From the NCBI GenBank assembly GCA_039621445.1, contig CP154954.1, forward strand, positions 2,108,001 to 2,172,000: 64,000 nucleotides of DNA. The letters are read 5' to 3'. Numbering within the stretch: the first letter of the stretch is position 1; every line of letters starts with the position of its first letter. This document shows, piece after piece, positions 1 through 12,865 of the stretch. Below the pieces are notes generated by a model. That model had not been told where the DNA came from. It saw only the letters and a program-made list of their open reading frames with translations, and ran no database searches. The translations under genes were made by a program, and so were the position numbers. The stretch is from Euglena gracilis (taxonomy: Eukaryota).

Positions 1-2055
1 TTCCCGCATTTTTTGATTATCACGACTCCCACGGTTTACTGAAAAAGAAACCAGGAAACGGTTTATGGGAGGTATGGGGGGGGTCGCTGAGCTCTTATCC
101 TTTTATGTGTAAGAGCGAACCTTTCCACTGCGGAAAAGGGGGGTCGTCCCCCCCCCGGGTCGGGGCCACCAGGAGAACCGGCAAATTATCACCATGACCC
201 GGGTCCCGAATTTTTTTTCCAGTTGCGAGCGACTGGATCTCAGTTTCCGAATCACCTCCGTTTGACCTGCAACTCCCTGCCAGGCCTGAGTTATTCACTG
301 GGTAGGACTGGCCCGCCCCCTCTTCCGACTCTGCCATTTCACTGGGGTCCAAAATATCTCAGAAAACGTACAATTTTTCCAGAAATGTCGGTCTGACGAA
401 ATGCACCCCCGGAGGCCCTCTATCACCGCCCCATAATCACCGTTTTGGCTGCCGACACGCCTGGCCCGTGTTCCGGCGCGCTTTTGCAACTCAGAACGGG
501 CATTTTGCAGTGTTTTCTTTGGGCTGTTTCTGGGTCAAAAAAAATCGATTTTTTTCAAATATCTCGACAATGAAGTAAAATAAAAGAATGTCCGGAGAGC
601 AAAAATGAAGCCTTTGGAACGCTGTACCCAACCATGGTTTTCTTTTCCCTCGACTCTTCGTGTAGCCCGAGTTACGGCCATTTTTTGGCCCATTTTGGCC
701 CATTTTTGGGCCATTTTGGGCTGTTTTTTGGGGGGTCAAAAAACCACGTTGAGACCTAAATTGAGGCCCTTACGAGCCCTTACGATGCTCTATCTAATTG
801 TGTTTTGATTTCCCCGCAACTCCCCGCCTGGCCCAAAATATGGCCAATTTATGGCCCAAAACAGCGCGGCATGGCTGTTTTCGGAATCACGGAGAAACTA
901 TGAAGGAAAATGGGGTGGGAACAGGGTTGTAGTGTCTTGGCTGATCTGACACTGGGGCTTTGCTGTAGGCAGTTCGCCGCTGTTGGTGGGGGGTTCTTTC
1001 CCGGTATCTGCGTTCTTGTTGTTCCATTTGCTATTGACCCAAATTATTTGATTGAGTTTTTCACTTTTTGCCTGGTGTCGAACCCGCCTTGTCTTGGGTC
1101 AAAAAATAAATTTAAAGTTTCTCAAAATTGGTGGGGAATCAAAGTAAATGTCATGAGACCCAAATTGAAGCCTTTAAATTGCTTCGTTTAACAGTATTTT
1201 GATTTCCCCGCAACTCCCCGCCTACCCTGAGTTACGGCTACTTTTTGGCCAATTTTGGGCCATTTTGTACAGTGTTGGCTTGTTTTGACTTTGCCGTTTT
1301 TTTTTTTTTGGCCATTTTCAGGTCAAAAAGTCGAAAAATTAGGCCAAAAATTGCCTTTTTGGGCAGAAGTGCATCAAGAATCCAAAAAAATCGTTGTAAA
1401 ATATTATAACAAAAAAGTGCCGAAGGACAAAAAATAACCTCTGTGTGGTTCCTGGGTGCCTAGCCAGGCTCAGGAGGGGGGTCTACCCGTTTAGGGTATG
1501 TTAAACCCTGGGCTTAAAATGATACAACTTAATTTGTCATTTTGTAATTCCTTACAACATCATTTATCATATTTATTTTTTTCATGAAAAGAAACCAAAA
1601 GGCATGCAAAAAAGCAGGAAAATTAGGAAGAAGCTAAATAAAAAGCCTCGTATCCTTTTTGGCACACATTTGATTTACATTGTACGAGTTGTCAATTACA
1701 TCGAAGACCATGTTTATAGTTTCTAGGTCTAAAGGAAAACAAACCATTTTCTTCACGTTGGTTTTGGCATCACGAAAACCCCCTCAAATGCAGAGAAAAT
1801 TGCGGCCTGGGAACCGGCCGGGGTGAGGATATTGTGGAAGGAAACCGGAATTCTTCTTTGGACACAAAGCCAGAGAATGTATCAGTCCAGCACCATATGT
1901 AAGGATAAAACATTTAATATTTTTTTTGGTTGTTTTCTCTCGTTTTCTCTCATTATGATTTCCATCACCAATTTGTTCTGAAATTTCAGCAAAGCTTGAA
2001 AGACCAAAGAAAATCAGACCAAAAACGAAATACATCAATTTGGGTCTCTCTGTAT
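1..2055. repeat. Dispersed repeat family copy 1 (about 2 kb, probably part of a larger non-coding mobile element)
   Basis: 1-911 recurs at about 29539-30449, 1-1152 recurs at 62841-64000 and 1040-2055 recurs at 61746-62750, with only scattered substitutions and homopolymer differences. Confidence 0.9.
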
Positions 2056-2759
2056 CCGTGAATTTCCTGTTTCCGGAAAAGGTCAAAAGCCACATTCCAT
2101 TCTGCACCGGAGCAATATTTGGGCAGTTGTGGCAGCAGATTTTTTCTCCATATCATAGTTCCGGAGATCTTCCAGGGCCTCGACAGAAGCCAAATCCGAG
2201 TGCTCAACCCCCAAGTTAAGCCCTCTGCAATCTAACTGAACGCATGCTACAATGTAGATCTTCCCTTGCATACCTAACAAAATGTTTGTGGTCACATGCC
2301 CAGAACTGTCAATTCATCAATTTCTATCCACACCCGAATGTGAAAATAAAAAAACGTAGAGGAGGGGAAAAAACAACCTTTTGGCCTTGAATTTTTTTCT
2401 TGATTGCCCCTAAATGGGTTGCCAAAACCCTGCCAGTGGACCGATATAGCGATTGACCCTTCTGGATGCAGCCTGGGCGAAAGGTGGAAAGTCATTCTGA
2501 ATAAACAAAAACCTACACGTCCTCAATTTGGGTGTATTTCTGGAGAACACCTCTGTTGCTTTTGTTGTCCAATTTTGTGACCGGGAGACCAGAATGGAGG
2601 AAAGCGGCCACAAAATCATCTGTTATTGTCTGAATGAGGTTTTGCTTGATTGTCTGTTTGGAAAGGCAGAGAACGTGCAAAACATCCCATCAAAATGCAT
2701 CTGCACAAGCAAAGCACATTCAAAAAAAACACAAAAAAATTTTCCGAACCCTCCGCCTC

Positions 2760-2850
2760 ATCCGTGAATTTCCGTGATTTTCCGTGATTTCCGTGAAAAT
2801 GGCCTTCCGTCCATTTCCGTGATCCTCCGTGAATTTCCGTGAATTTCCTT
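2760..2850. repeat. Short tandem array of TTCCGTGA-like units
   Basis: Motif ttccgtga repeated about eight times with variable spacing. Confidence 0.75.
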
Positions 2851-2903
2851 TTCAGGATGATGTGTGAGGATCCGTGGACAAAGGCATGAGGGGGATAGGT
2901 TCC

Positions 2904-3055
2904 ACACACACAAGCGCGCACGCGAGCACACACACACGCGCGCCTGCGCGTGCGCGCGCACACACGCGCGCGCACGCATGCACGCACGCACACACACACA
3001 CGCGCGCGCGCGCACGCACGCACGCACGCACGCACTCACGCACGCACGCACGCAT

Positions 3056-3098
<43 letters not shown>

Positions 3099-3115
3099 TG
3101 CACGACGCACACGCG
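2904..3115. repeat. (CACG)n/(CA)n/(CG)n compound microsatellite
   Basis: Direct reading of the sequence. Confidence 0.95.
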
Positions 3116-3122
3116 AACACAC

Positions 3123-4238
3123 CGATGGGGGCACAAAGGAGCGGTGCCAGATCCAGGCCTCAGGATACGAACTGTTGTTCTGGGCGGCGTCGCCCTCCGG
3201 CCCCGTGTACCCCTCCCATTGCACGTCATACATCCACTGCAGGGGGAGACGGTGTGCAGTGGCGCTCCCATCCACTCGCCGCATCAAAGTTTGCGGAACA
3301 GCGTGGCAGAGGATTTGGTGCCCCAACCCTTTCACATCGAGCTGAGCCCAACGCAGTTTCCCAACCACGGGGAAGGTTGAAGATGCTTGGCTGTCTCCTG
3401 TGATGGGGAAGAGACAACACAGGGGACCACCAAACAGAAGCTTGTGGCGAGGGGACTCCTCGGCAACATCGTTGAATTGCAACACCGGTCGTGCAACAGA
3501 CCTGGCTGCCCTCCTGCCGCGTGGAGTCGCGCAGGATGGTGACGGGGTACCAGCGCCCCTCCCAGTGGGCGAACATGTCCTGGTCGGCCATTGTCAGGGC
3601 CATTTGGGAAAAGCCGTGTGGGAGGGTCGGGGAATTCAATGAGAGGGGAGGGGGTTAAGGACGCCCCTCTCCCCCTGTGCAAAAGATTTTCCGGCACGAA
3701 GCAGCAAAAAACTGTTGGGTGGCTGAAAACAAGCCCCCAAAAAAACACGTTTCACACACCTTTTTAAAAAACCGGCAAAAAAAATGCACAAAAACTTTTT
3801 TCCCCTCCCCCATTCGACGAGGGGGATCTGGGACCTCCTGGAACCAAAAGTTTTCTCTCTGGCGCTTCGTTCAGGATTCAGGGGTGGTCTGACCTCCCTG
3901 TGCAAAATCAACTCTCACATAATACAGTGAATACAATAATACAATAATACAATAATACAATAATACAATAAGAAGGTCGGACCCCGGAGGACTGGCCCAT
4001 CCCCCACACAGCACCCACCGGGGCGCCGGGGTACTGTGCCGCCCCGTTCAGCCCTGGCCACCGTGTACAGCGGCTCGGGCCCGCAGGGCGGCGCGATGTA
4101 CTGCGGCGGTGGGGGAGGCTCCGGCACGTCCCGCAGCCGCGGCGAGCGTCGGCGCAGGCCCCGGTCGTTTGGGTTGGGGCCCTGAAGCGATGTCTGCCAC
4201 TGCTGGCAGTCGAGGCCAGCGAGATCTCGTCGAGAAAA
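3123..4238 (-). CDS. Three exons of a Tudor-knot/chromo-barrel-like protein (exons about 4060-4238, 3502-3589, about 3123-3236); gene ends not resolved
   Basis: In-frame join gives ...PPPPPQYIAPPCGPEPLYTV-ADQDMFAHWEGRWYPVTILRDSTRQEGSQ-WMYDVQWEGYTGPEGDAAQNNSSYPEAWIW. The AxW...WYPxxI and YxVxWxGY motifs fit Royal-family barrels. Intron 3237-3501 is GT...CTGCAG; intron 3590-4059 is non-conventional. First acceptor could be 4181 or 4238. Confidence 0.65.
3590..4059 (-). other. Euglenid non-conventional intron (470 nt)
   Basis: T|GGCCAGGGC...GCCCTGACAAT|G: CAG at +4..+6, CTG at -8..-6, CAGGGC pairs with GCCCTG, pyrimidine|purine at both junctions, and removal restores the frame. Confidence 0.75.
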
Positions 4239-5740
4239 CTGCATTTGGGAAAGACGCGCAACGGGTCCGTGGGATCCATGTGGAAGAAATGGAAAGAAAA
4301 CCCTCTCTCTCCCCCCCAACGCAATTCATCCACTGCCCTGGGTGGGGTTCCCCTGTCTAACGATCTGTCCAACACATTTTAATTCCTCCCGGAACCCCTC
4401 TCACCCCTTAGAAGGTACTGGCATGTGGGAGAATTTGGAGGAAAAAAAGGCCGTACGAGTCGCACCAAAAATGGGCAGCGGACGGGGGTCCTGGACCCGA
4501 GAAATGAGGATCCAAACACCTTGATTGGTGGTCAGCCCATTTTCAACCCGTCACTGCACATGACCCTTGGGGGGGGGGGGGCATGCCCGTGTGAGGTTAA
4601 AACAAAGCCTGGTGTCACCGTTCTTGCCGTCCAGTTCTTGTTTCATTTCCATGAAATTGTGCGACCCATTTAAAACTCATGGCAGAGAAGAATTTGTCCC
4701 TCATCAGAAAAACATTGGCAATCATTTAGGAACGATGGAGAGCCATCTGGATCACTTCGATCCAATGAACAAAAAAAAAAAAAAACTGTTGCGGAGCACT
4801 CTACCCTGGAGAGGGAGTTGGGTCCTGTCCGCCTGGAAAAAAAAAAGTGTGGCTCAGGACACAACAGGTGCCCAGATACACAAAGCCTCTGCCCGATGGG
4901 AAGGCGGTTAAAAAAAGCATCCAGGGAGGGAAAACACATGGCACTTGGTCCCTGCGCGGTCTGGCTGAAACGGCAGGAAGCTCTTGCCGCGCTTCTTCGG
5001 GGGGGCCGGCGGATCGTTGGCAGCAGCCATTGGGACCCACGTCCCATTTGAGGGGTGAAGGCTTTGTGGTTTTCCAGTTGTGGTCTGCCAGTGGTTCACA
5101 CCCCGCTTGATGCAGGATGTGAATGCCAAGCGGTGTTGGTTTGCAGCCAGCCATGGAATCCTTGCACCAACCCCCCCCCCCGTATTATGTGTGTGAGTGC
5201 ATCACCAAATATTGCGCGTGCATCACGGAATCCTGTGGGAATTTCTTGTCCTTTCAGGAGCTGGTGAGCGCCGCCATGCAGGTTCTGATGCTGTGCTGCC
5301 ACTCTAACCCCCCCCCCTGATAAGTGCGAAGTGCCCTAATAAGTGCGCACCCCCAAAGGAGAAACCGCCGTCACATTACACACAATCCTCGGAACTGTCC
5401 TTCTCAGACCAAATACTTCCATCATCCAAGCCCAAATTTGACAGATAATCACTTGACTCATTGCTTGACATCACAAAAGAAAGGGAAGAACTGGAAAAGC
5501 ATAGAGGAGAATTAAATATTTTGTGCTTTGTCCTAATAATTGCGCAGTGCCCTAATAAATGCGCACCCCTTGGGGTCCGAAACTACGTCCTTAAAATGTG
5601 CACGCCCATGCACTTTGGGGGGGTACACCAAAAAAAACCAAGCTTTGAGAGTTTCTTGATGGCTTGAACCACCCTCAGATGTATGTGTACAGGCCATGTG
5701 CAAGGTGGAGCTCATTCGCGTATCTGGTCAGCACCCCCAA

Positions 5741-6052
5741 CAGGCTGTTTTTTACCAACCCCGGGGGGGGGGAGGGGGGGTCCGGAGTGCCTGTGAGTGC
5801 CTGCCCAGGCAGGCACTACCCCCCCGGGGGGGGTCGGATTTCGGCCTGTGCCCGGGCACATTCCTTTGAAAATAGGCCATTTTTGGCTCCCCGGCGCCTT
5901 CGGCGCCGGGGTTGTGCTAGGGCACTTTTGGCCGTGTGCCCTACCCCCCCCCCGGGGGGGGGGTCGGGTTTGGAGTGCCTTGGGGTGCCTGCCCCCCCTC
6001 CCCCCCCCCCCCCCCCCGGGGTGGGGTCGGCACCCGACTAAAATACAGCCTG
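5741..6052. mobile_element. hAT-like MITE, family CAGGCTGT
   Basis: TIRs CAGGCTGTTTTT / AAATACAGCCTG; flanks ACCCCCAA and TCCCCCAA (8-bp TSD, 1 mismatch); homolog at 19236-19551. Confidence 0.85.
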
Positions 6053-7859
6053 TCCCCCAATCCGATCAAGCAAAAAATCCAAAAAAAAATAAAACTCCCC
6101 AAATTAAACAATTATTCCCCCTGACGGCACGAAGTGCCGAAGCAGTGGTGAAATTCCCTGGAAATTTTACCAAAAGGCCAAAAATGATGCAAATTCAAAA
6201 AATGGGACATTCAAAGGCCAAAAAAAAAAATGCAAAACATCCATGTACACCAATAAACACATGGCGTGAAATGCCGAAGGAAAGTATTTGATGTTCTGGG
6301 GAATCCCAAAAATGATGTCTTTTTCAGTCAAGGGAGAAATAACATAAAAATAACATCCCCCCCGAAAAACTGCATCCCCTGGAGGCTTCCAGTAATGGAC
6401 CCAAAAGCAAATGTCTTATTTGGGGGGGGGATCAACCTTGGGTCAATTCTTTGCATATCCATATCCCAATGTCTCCCTGAAAAAGAAGCCTCTGGATATC
6501 GTTTTGGATCAGTTGCTGAAAACATGAGGGGATTTGTTTATTTTTAATGTTTTTCGGAGAGTCAGAGAAGTTCGGTCCAATTTTTGCCCCCCCACCTGAG
6601 TTTGAACCGGACTGGAAAAATTGATGTTGCAGAGAAGCCCTAGACAGTTAACCTATAAATCTGGACAAGTACGGCGGGAGGCATAAAAAAAACATGGGAA
6701 ACCACCCCGATATTCCCATAATGTATTCCCGTGATTTTTGTCCAGTGCACCTTTTCCCCGCCCTTTGGCCGGACCAACTGAACGAGATTAGGCAAAAATG
6801 AGTTGAAAAGGGCCTCCGTATCACATTTGACATTTGGTCAAAATAATGATTTTTTTTTGCATATGCAGTGCAGACAAAAAATATTCAAAAATAATAATAA
6901 TACAGGGGAAAAAATAAGATAAATTTTTGATTTCGAAGAAAAATTTGGGAAATTCAACGCTTCAGGGGAAATGGTGGGAGTTTTTTTCAGTTGCAATGAA
7001 GCTTCTTTGACAAAAATCAACTCGGAATTTCAAAAAAAAGTCAAATGGACTGCTGGCGGTGTTTTTTGATTTTCATATAAATTAAGCCCAAGAATTGATA
7101 ACCCTGTCTTTTTGTATACAAAATTTGATTGCCCTGAGAGTGGCTCACACCAACCTCTTTAAAACAAAAAATGCTTCCACAAGACCATTTCATTTACGTT
7201 GAGCAGACTCCCTAAATTTTGTTGGTGGCTTGCAGGAATAGAATGACTTATTTGCTACTCCTTCTCCTCCCCCAGAGTCCCCTTGGCTTAAAGGATGGTC
7301 AGGGCAATAAACCTCTGCGGTCTGAGTATTGGGATATCTAATAAAACCGGTCATTTTCAGGAGGCTTTATTCTGGAGGGCAGGACGTTCAGAGCTTTGAA
7401 CAGCTGCTGTTTTTGTTTTCATTTTGCTGGAGAATCACAATGGCACCTTCTTCAGAACCGCAATGGCACCTTCATTAGGGTAGAAAGGGACTGGGCACAT
7501 GGCGTGGGCACATGCATCTGCAAAGAGGGACACTCCGTCTAGTAGGGTATCTCAAGCCATCTCTCAAAGCTTGGGAAATTTACATGTGTAGAGTGGCAGC
7601 ACAGAATCAGATCCTTCAGAGCGGCGCTCACCAGCTTCCCCCCTGTACCATGATCAAACCGTTGCATGAGATGGGGGTCCTATGTGGTTGGGCAAGAACA
7701 AAAATACAAAATTTTTCCAGAGTGAAGACTTTATTAACCGGCTTGGGTGAAATTTTTACTTCGAGTCCTTCTTCACTTCCCTTTTTTCATTAGAAAACAT
7801 ACTAACCGTACCACCCCCCCCCCCCCTTGCTACCACCGGGTTCCCTGTCGTACAACCGG

Positions 7860-8095
7860 GTTTCTGCGACTGGGGGGGGGGGGGGGGGTCGTAACACCCC
7901 CATAACCTGCAACCTGCGACCGGGGGGTGATTGTAAATGAAGGGGCGCTCGTAGGTGAGGTGGTGTTGAAATTTTCGCAACCTGCAACCTGCGACCGGGG
8001 GAATGGTCATAACACCCCCATGACCTGCAACCTGCGACCGGGGGGTGGTCGTAACACCCCCATGACCTGCAACCTGCGACCGGGGGGGGGGTGAT
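7860..8095. repeat. Imperfect tandem array containing ACCTGCAACCTGCGACCGGGGG (4 copies)
   Basis: Motif at about 7905, 7980, 8023 and 8064. Confidence 0.8.
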
Positions 8096-8226
8096 CGTAA
8101 ATGAGGGGTGGTTGTACGACAAGGGGGGGCCGGGTATGTGCCGTAGCAACAAATGGTGCACGGGTTGGTTGCGCATCCTGGATGCACTCAGGGGCTGGGT
8201 TGGGCCCAGCCGAGAGGTCGAGCTGG

Positions 8227-8339
8227 CTTGAGCTGGGGCCTGTGGCACGAAATTGGGTAAATGATTCTGGGACAGCGGAGAACTTGAGCTGGGGCCTGTG
8301 GCACGAAATTGGGTAAATGATTCTGGGACAGCGGAGAAC
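8227..8339. repeat. 57-bp exact tandem duplication
   Basis: cttgagctggggcctgtggcacgaaattgggtaaatgattctgggacagcggagaa occurs twice head to tail. Confidence 0.9.
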
Positions 8340-11300
8340 GATGGCAGCCTTGAAATTGGAGCATGTGGGGCGAGGCAATGCAAACTGGGTGATCTTTCTC
8401 AGCAGTGGACTCAAATAAGGGGGTCCAACTCAGCCGGCTGAGTTCAGATAAAAAAAATTGGCAAACATCCACAAAAAGGATTTACATTGTGACGAAGAGA
8501 CCCCCCCCAAGTTGGGCAGGGGTCGATCGGCTGGCCAGAAACAGGTGCCAGGCATCGGGAAAGAGGTCCGGTGGGCGCGTTCCAGCTGGCTGCCGGGCTG
8601 GACTGTATGGAACCAAGAAAGGGCACCCAAAACCGAGAAATGAAAAAATCCAGTTGGTTGTTTTTTCCCAGAAAATTTCCTTTGGGAAATCCCCCATATT
8701 GTCAAAAACAATCCTAAAACCCAGCTGTGTCAAAACGTCCAGGGTCCTGGTACAGAAAACGACCATTTCTCAGTTTCAGTTGAAAAACTCTAACGGGAGT
8801 TTTTGGAGAAAATGTGATGATCAAATTGCAAATTTGAACAGAAATAAATTTCCTGCCTGCTTTTTGTTCATTTCCCATCCATCCCCACCCCAAAGGTGCA
8901 TACCTTTTGACGAGGACCTCTTCACCATACAGCTTTTACCGAGCCTGGGAGTCACGCCTCTGTTGGAAAACCAGTCTGTCACTGCCCCCCCCCCCCCCCC
9001 CCCCGCAGGATCGGCAACTCTGGAATCCAAGGAGAAAACTAATCACAAATGTGGAGAAAAAGCCACATAATTCCGTCAGCTTCGGTGCCGGGTCATTGCA
9101 GTGGTTTTTTGCCAACCCCCCCCCCCCTGGGGGGAGGGGTTTAGAAGACAAAAACCAGTCACCCATGGGGGGGGGGTGTCGGCCAGTGACTAAGCGACTA
9201 ATTTGTGGAATTATCCTTGCTACTCAGTGAAGCTTCCATGAGAAGGCAACTGTTTCCCAAAGCAAGCTTGCAGTCACCACACCTTCTGGTCTTTCGGCTA
9301 CATTCCCATCAGGAACAGAAACAGGTTCACTATCGAAAGGGTTTGAAGTGGTTGTCCCCACATCCTCGCACAAAGCCATACGAGTCAGTCATTGAGGCTG
9401 ACAACCATAAGTTGAAACACAATTGAATCTGCAAAAATAAAAAAACAAACCTGTCCGTTGAAGTGGCCTGATTAAGAGCTACAGTGATTCATCTAAACTG
9501 AAGAAACCGCCATTCCTGTAAATAACCACCTGCAGACTGCCTTCTTGGCCTGCCGTCAGCCCAAGACATTATTGACGAGAACGCTTGAAGGGCCCCCCAA
9601 TTGACCCCCAGCCGGAGCCCAGAGGGGTTCCGTTTGGGGGGGGGGGGGATGGTGCATGCCGTTTGCGGTCTGTTTTGAGGTAATGAAATATGAAAAAGCC
9701 GCAAACAAGCCTCCAGACGTCCATTTTTGGACAATTTGGGGAAGATTAAATGTCTTTTTTCAAAAAAAAATCTCAAAAATAAAACAAAAAGGCACAGCAT
9801 TTTCTCCAAAAAAGCATGTTCTTTGCATTTTTGGGGGCTTTGGAATCCATTCGAAAAGATTTTCTCCTTTCAGTAATTCACCCTGTTTTCTTGTTCTGTG
9901 GTTTTTGGAAGGATACATGGACATCTGACTGCACGGGGCAGTCCAATGAGACTTATCCCCCGCCCAATATTCACTTGGCCAGCAGCCCTTCACCAGTCCC
10001 TAAGGGGGGGTGTACTCCCATTTCGGAGGTCAACTTTTTACTGCATTTTGGAAATTTTGGAAATTTTGCGTTTTATGCATTTTGGAAAGATCAGTTCTAT
10101 CCAGCCAAATAAAAAAAAGCCAAAACAGGCCATTTTGAAGGTTTTCAAAAGTTGGCTTTTTGATCCATGTCCATCGGCCGGCAATCAGGGTGATAATATA
10201 GGGGGAGATGGTACGTTTCTTTAACTCTGTTTTTATGCCTTTGGAACTGGACTACCAGAAAAAGGCGGGGTGGAGGACACTGTGGAACCTTCCCACAAGG
10301 GACCCCACAATGACCTTTAAAGACTTCCTGCAGAACTGCAGAACTGCAGAACTGCATTTGAAAGATGGGCATAAGCCAAACACAAGCAACAAGAAAAAAT
10401 ACCACAGCAATGATCATTCCGAAACTTTCTCAAAAATGTGGAAATAAGGTGGGAAAATGATTCTTCGGGAATATAAACCCCCCTCCCAAATATAAAGCCC
10501 CCCCCGGCTTTATATTTGGACGGGATTTCAAGACCCTCAGGGGGGGCTTTATATTTGGGGGGGGGGGCTTTATACTTGGGGGGAGATCAAACTTTTTCGG
10601 GTGGCCTTTATGACCTTCGGCGGCCTTCAATTGTGGCCAAATACCAAATATATGCCAAATTTTTGTTGTGCACCTTCTATTTTTCGCAGAAATTTGCAAT
10701 TATTATCCAAAATGGAGGATCAATGTCGAAAAAAAAGGTGTATCCACCCAAAATGTTTCAACTTTTTCCTGAATGACACCATCATCTGGCTCCCTCATCA
10801 TGGGGGGGCTTTATATTTGGGCGGCAAAACCAAACCCCCTGGGGGGGGGGCTTTATATTTGGGGGGGGGGGGGGCTTTATATTTGGAGGGGAGGTTTACA
10901 GTCAAAGCAAATGAAAATCATGCCGAAAATTTGGTGGAAAAAATGAGGATTAAACCCCCCTCACTTATAAACCCCCCGGGGTTTATACAATCCGGTTTGG
11001 TTGGTCGGCTGAAGGGGGGGTTATAGGTGGGGGGGGTTACAGGTCCCGGAATTGTTGGTGAAAATCTGACCCCTCAAAATGACCCCGCTCCCAGCCAGAC
11101 TGGGGAACCTCTGGGGGGGGGGGGTGCAGTGGAAATGAAAAAAATCCCCAGATCGACGAAGCCAGGATAGACCAGGAAAAAAATTGGCGCAACCCAAAAA
11201 TTGTCGAAAAGGAATGATCAGAAAAGGTCAAAATGATGTTTTTTTTGTGGGGTTTTCTAGACTTTTCCCTGGAAAAAAAAAGCCTGAAAAATCCCCACCC

Positions 11301-12162
11301 AGCTGGATTTTGGCAAGGTGCCAGTTTTTGGGATCAGCCAGGTCTAGCCCAGCAGCTGGTAGGACGATGCCTGCCCCGCCCCCAGCACCCACTGAGGGAA
11401 TTCAGCTTGCATATTTTTCCAACCAGCACATTTTTCCACCTGGCTACTCCCCCTCCTCTTTCTGGGAATCCTTAAAAAAGGAAATTCCTGGTGGGAGGAA
11501 GCAACGTGGATAAAAAAAAGCAAAATCGATGTCAAAAAAGCACGATTTTTATAATTTTGCTTTTTATTGGCCAAAAAAAGTCAAAGATTACAAAAAGGGA
11601 GGAAAGCTAGGTCCAAAATGAGGAGTTTTTCGAATTCGAAAACATTTTCCAGCAGAAAGAAAAAAATCGCTGGGAAACGCAAAAAAAGGTGAGAAAAAAC
11701 AAAAAAAAACTGCATATTTTTCAGAAATAAAAAATACACAAAAAAATCAAGAAAAAAACACCCCCATGTCCCACCCAGCAGTGTAATGCATCAACCTTCT
11801 ATTGCAAAAAACTTGGAGGAGAAAAACTCAAAATTGGCAACTGTGCAGGTCTTCGTCTACATACGAAAGAACAGAAAACCAGCCCACACACGCACGCACG
11901 CACGCATGCCGCACACATGCACAGCACAACACACGAACTTACACACGCACACATGTGGCAAAAGATGACACCATCAGTGCAGAACCTTTGATCGGTTGGA
12001 TTCTTTAATTGGTTTCTTTCCTGTAGGGGTCATCTCTAAGATAGCGTGGAAGATACCAGGGGTGTCTTCCACTACCAGCGGTAAAAAAGAGAAAAGACAC
12101 CGTGGAGAAAGAGATAAGAAATAGTTGGTGATTTCCCGTTACTTCGTCTCCCATATCCGGAC

Positions 12163-12597
12163 CAGGCTTTTGCTTAAGGACCCCCGGGGGGGGGGGGTAC
12201 TGGCTAGCCAATTGGCTAGACACTGGAAAAAATGGACTAGCTAGACCCCCTCCCCCCCCGGGGGGGGGGCCAGGGGTCCCCCCACTGGGAAAAAAAGTTC
12301 CTCCGGCGCTGCGCGCTGAGGTGGAAATGAGGATTTTAATAGGTTTTGGGCTGATTTTGTTCGAAAAAATTCCCAAAAAATGGCCAAAAACGGGCATTTT
12401 TGGACATTTTTGGGGCCCAAAAAAGTTCCGGCGCTTCGCGCCGGTCACTGGAAAAAAAAAATTCCACTAGCTAGCCCTGCTAGCAGACCCCCCCCCAGGG
12501 GGGGGGTCTGCTAGCAATCCCACTAGCCAAATTTGGACTAGCTGCAGTCCAGCCCCCCCCCCCCAGGGGGTACTGCAATCCCTTAAGCAAAAGCCTG
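12163..12597. mobile_element. hAT-like MITE, family CAGGCTTTTGCTTAAGG
   Basis: Perfect 17-bp TIRs CAGGCTTTTGCTTAAGG / CCTTAAGCAAAAGCCTG; perfect 8-bp TSD ATCCGGAC (12155-12162, 12598-12605); inverted homolog at 54001-54357. Confidence 0.93.
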
Positions 12598-12865
12598 ATC
12601 CGGACTGCATCCTGTGGCCTCAACCCACGTTCCAAACGCTTGGGCGGTAGAAGTCATCCTGTGGGAAAAAGTAAATGTCAGCCAAAAAAAATATAAAACC
12701 AGTAAAAAGATTAGCGGAGCAAAACACTTGAGAATGATTTTGAAAGTGCCAGGAGCAAGTTCATAAAATGAAGAGGGATAAAACCTATGTGGCACTAAGG
12801 TGCCAAGCTGGTATGTAACAAAGCAGGTACTCCAAGCGTTGCGGGGTCAGCCAAAGGTCAGAAGA

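Noticed and set aside
2616-3403. Long ORFs such as RACVRACV / THARTHAR
   Set aside because: Translations of a (CACG)n microsatellite.
8340-10440. Scattered exon-like segments
   Set aside because: Frames contain stops or lack recognisable motifs; no supportable gene model.
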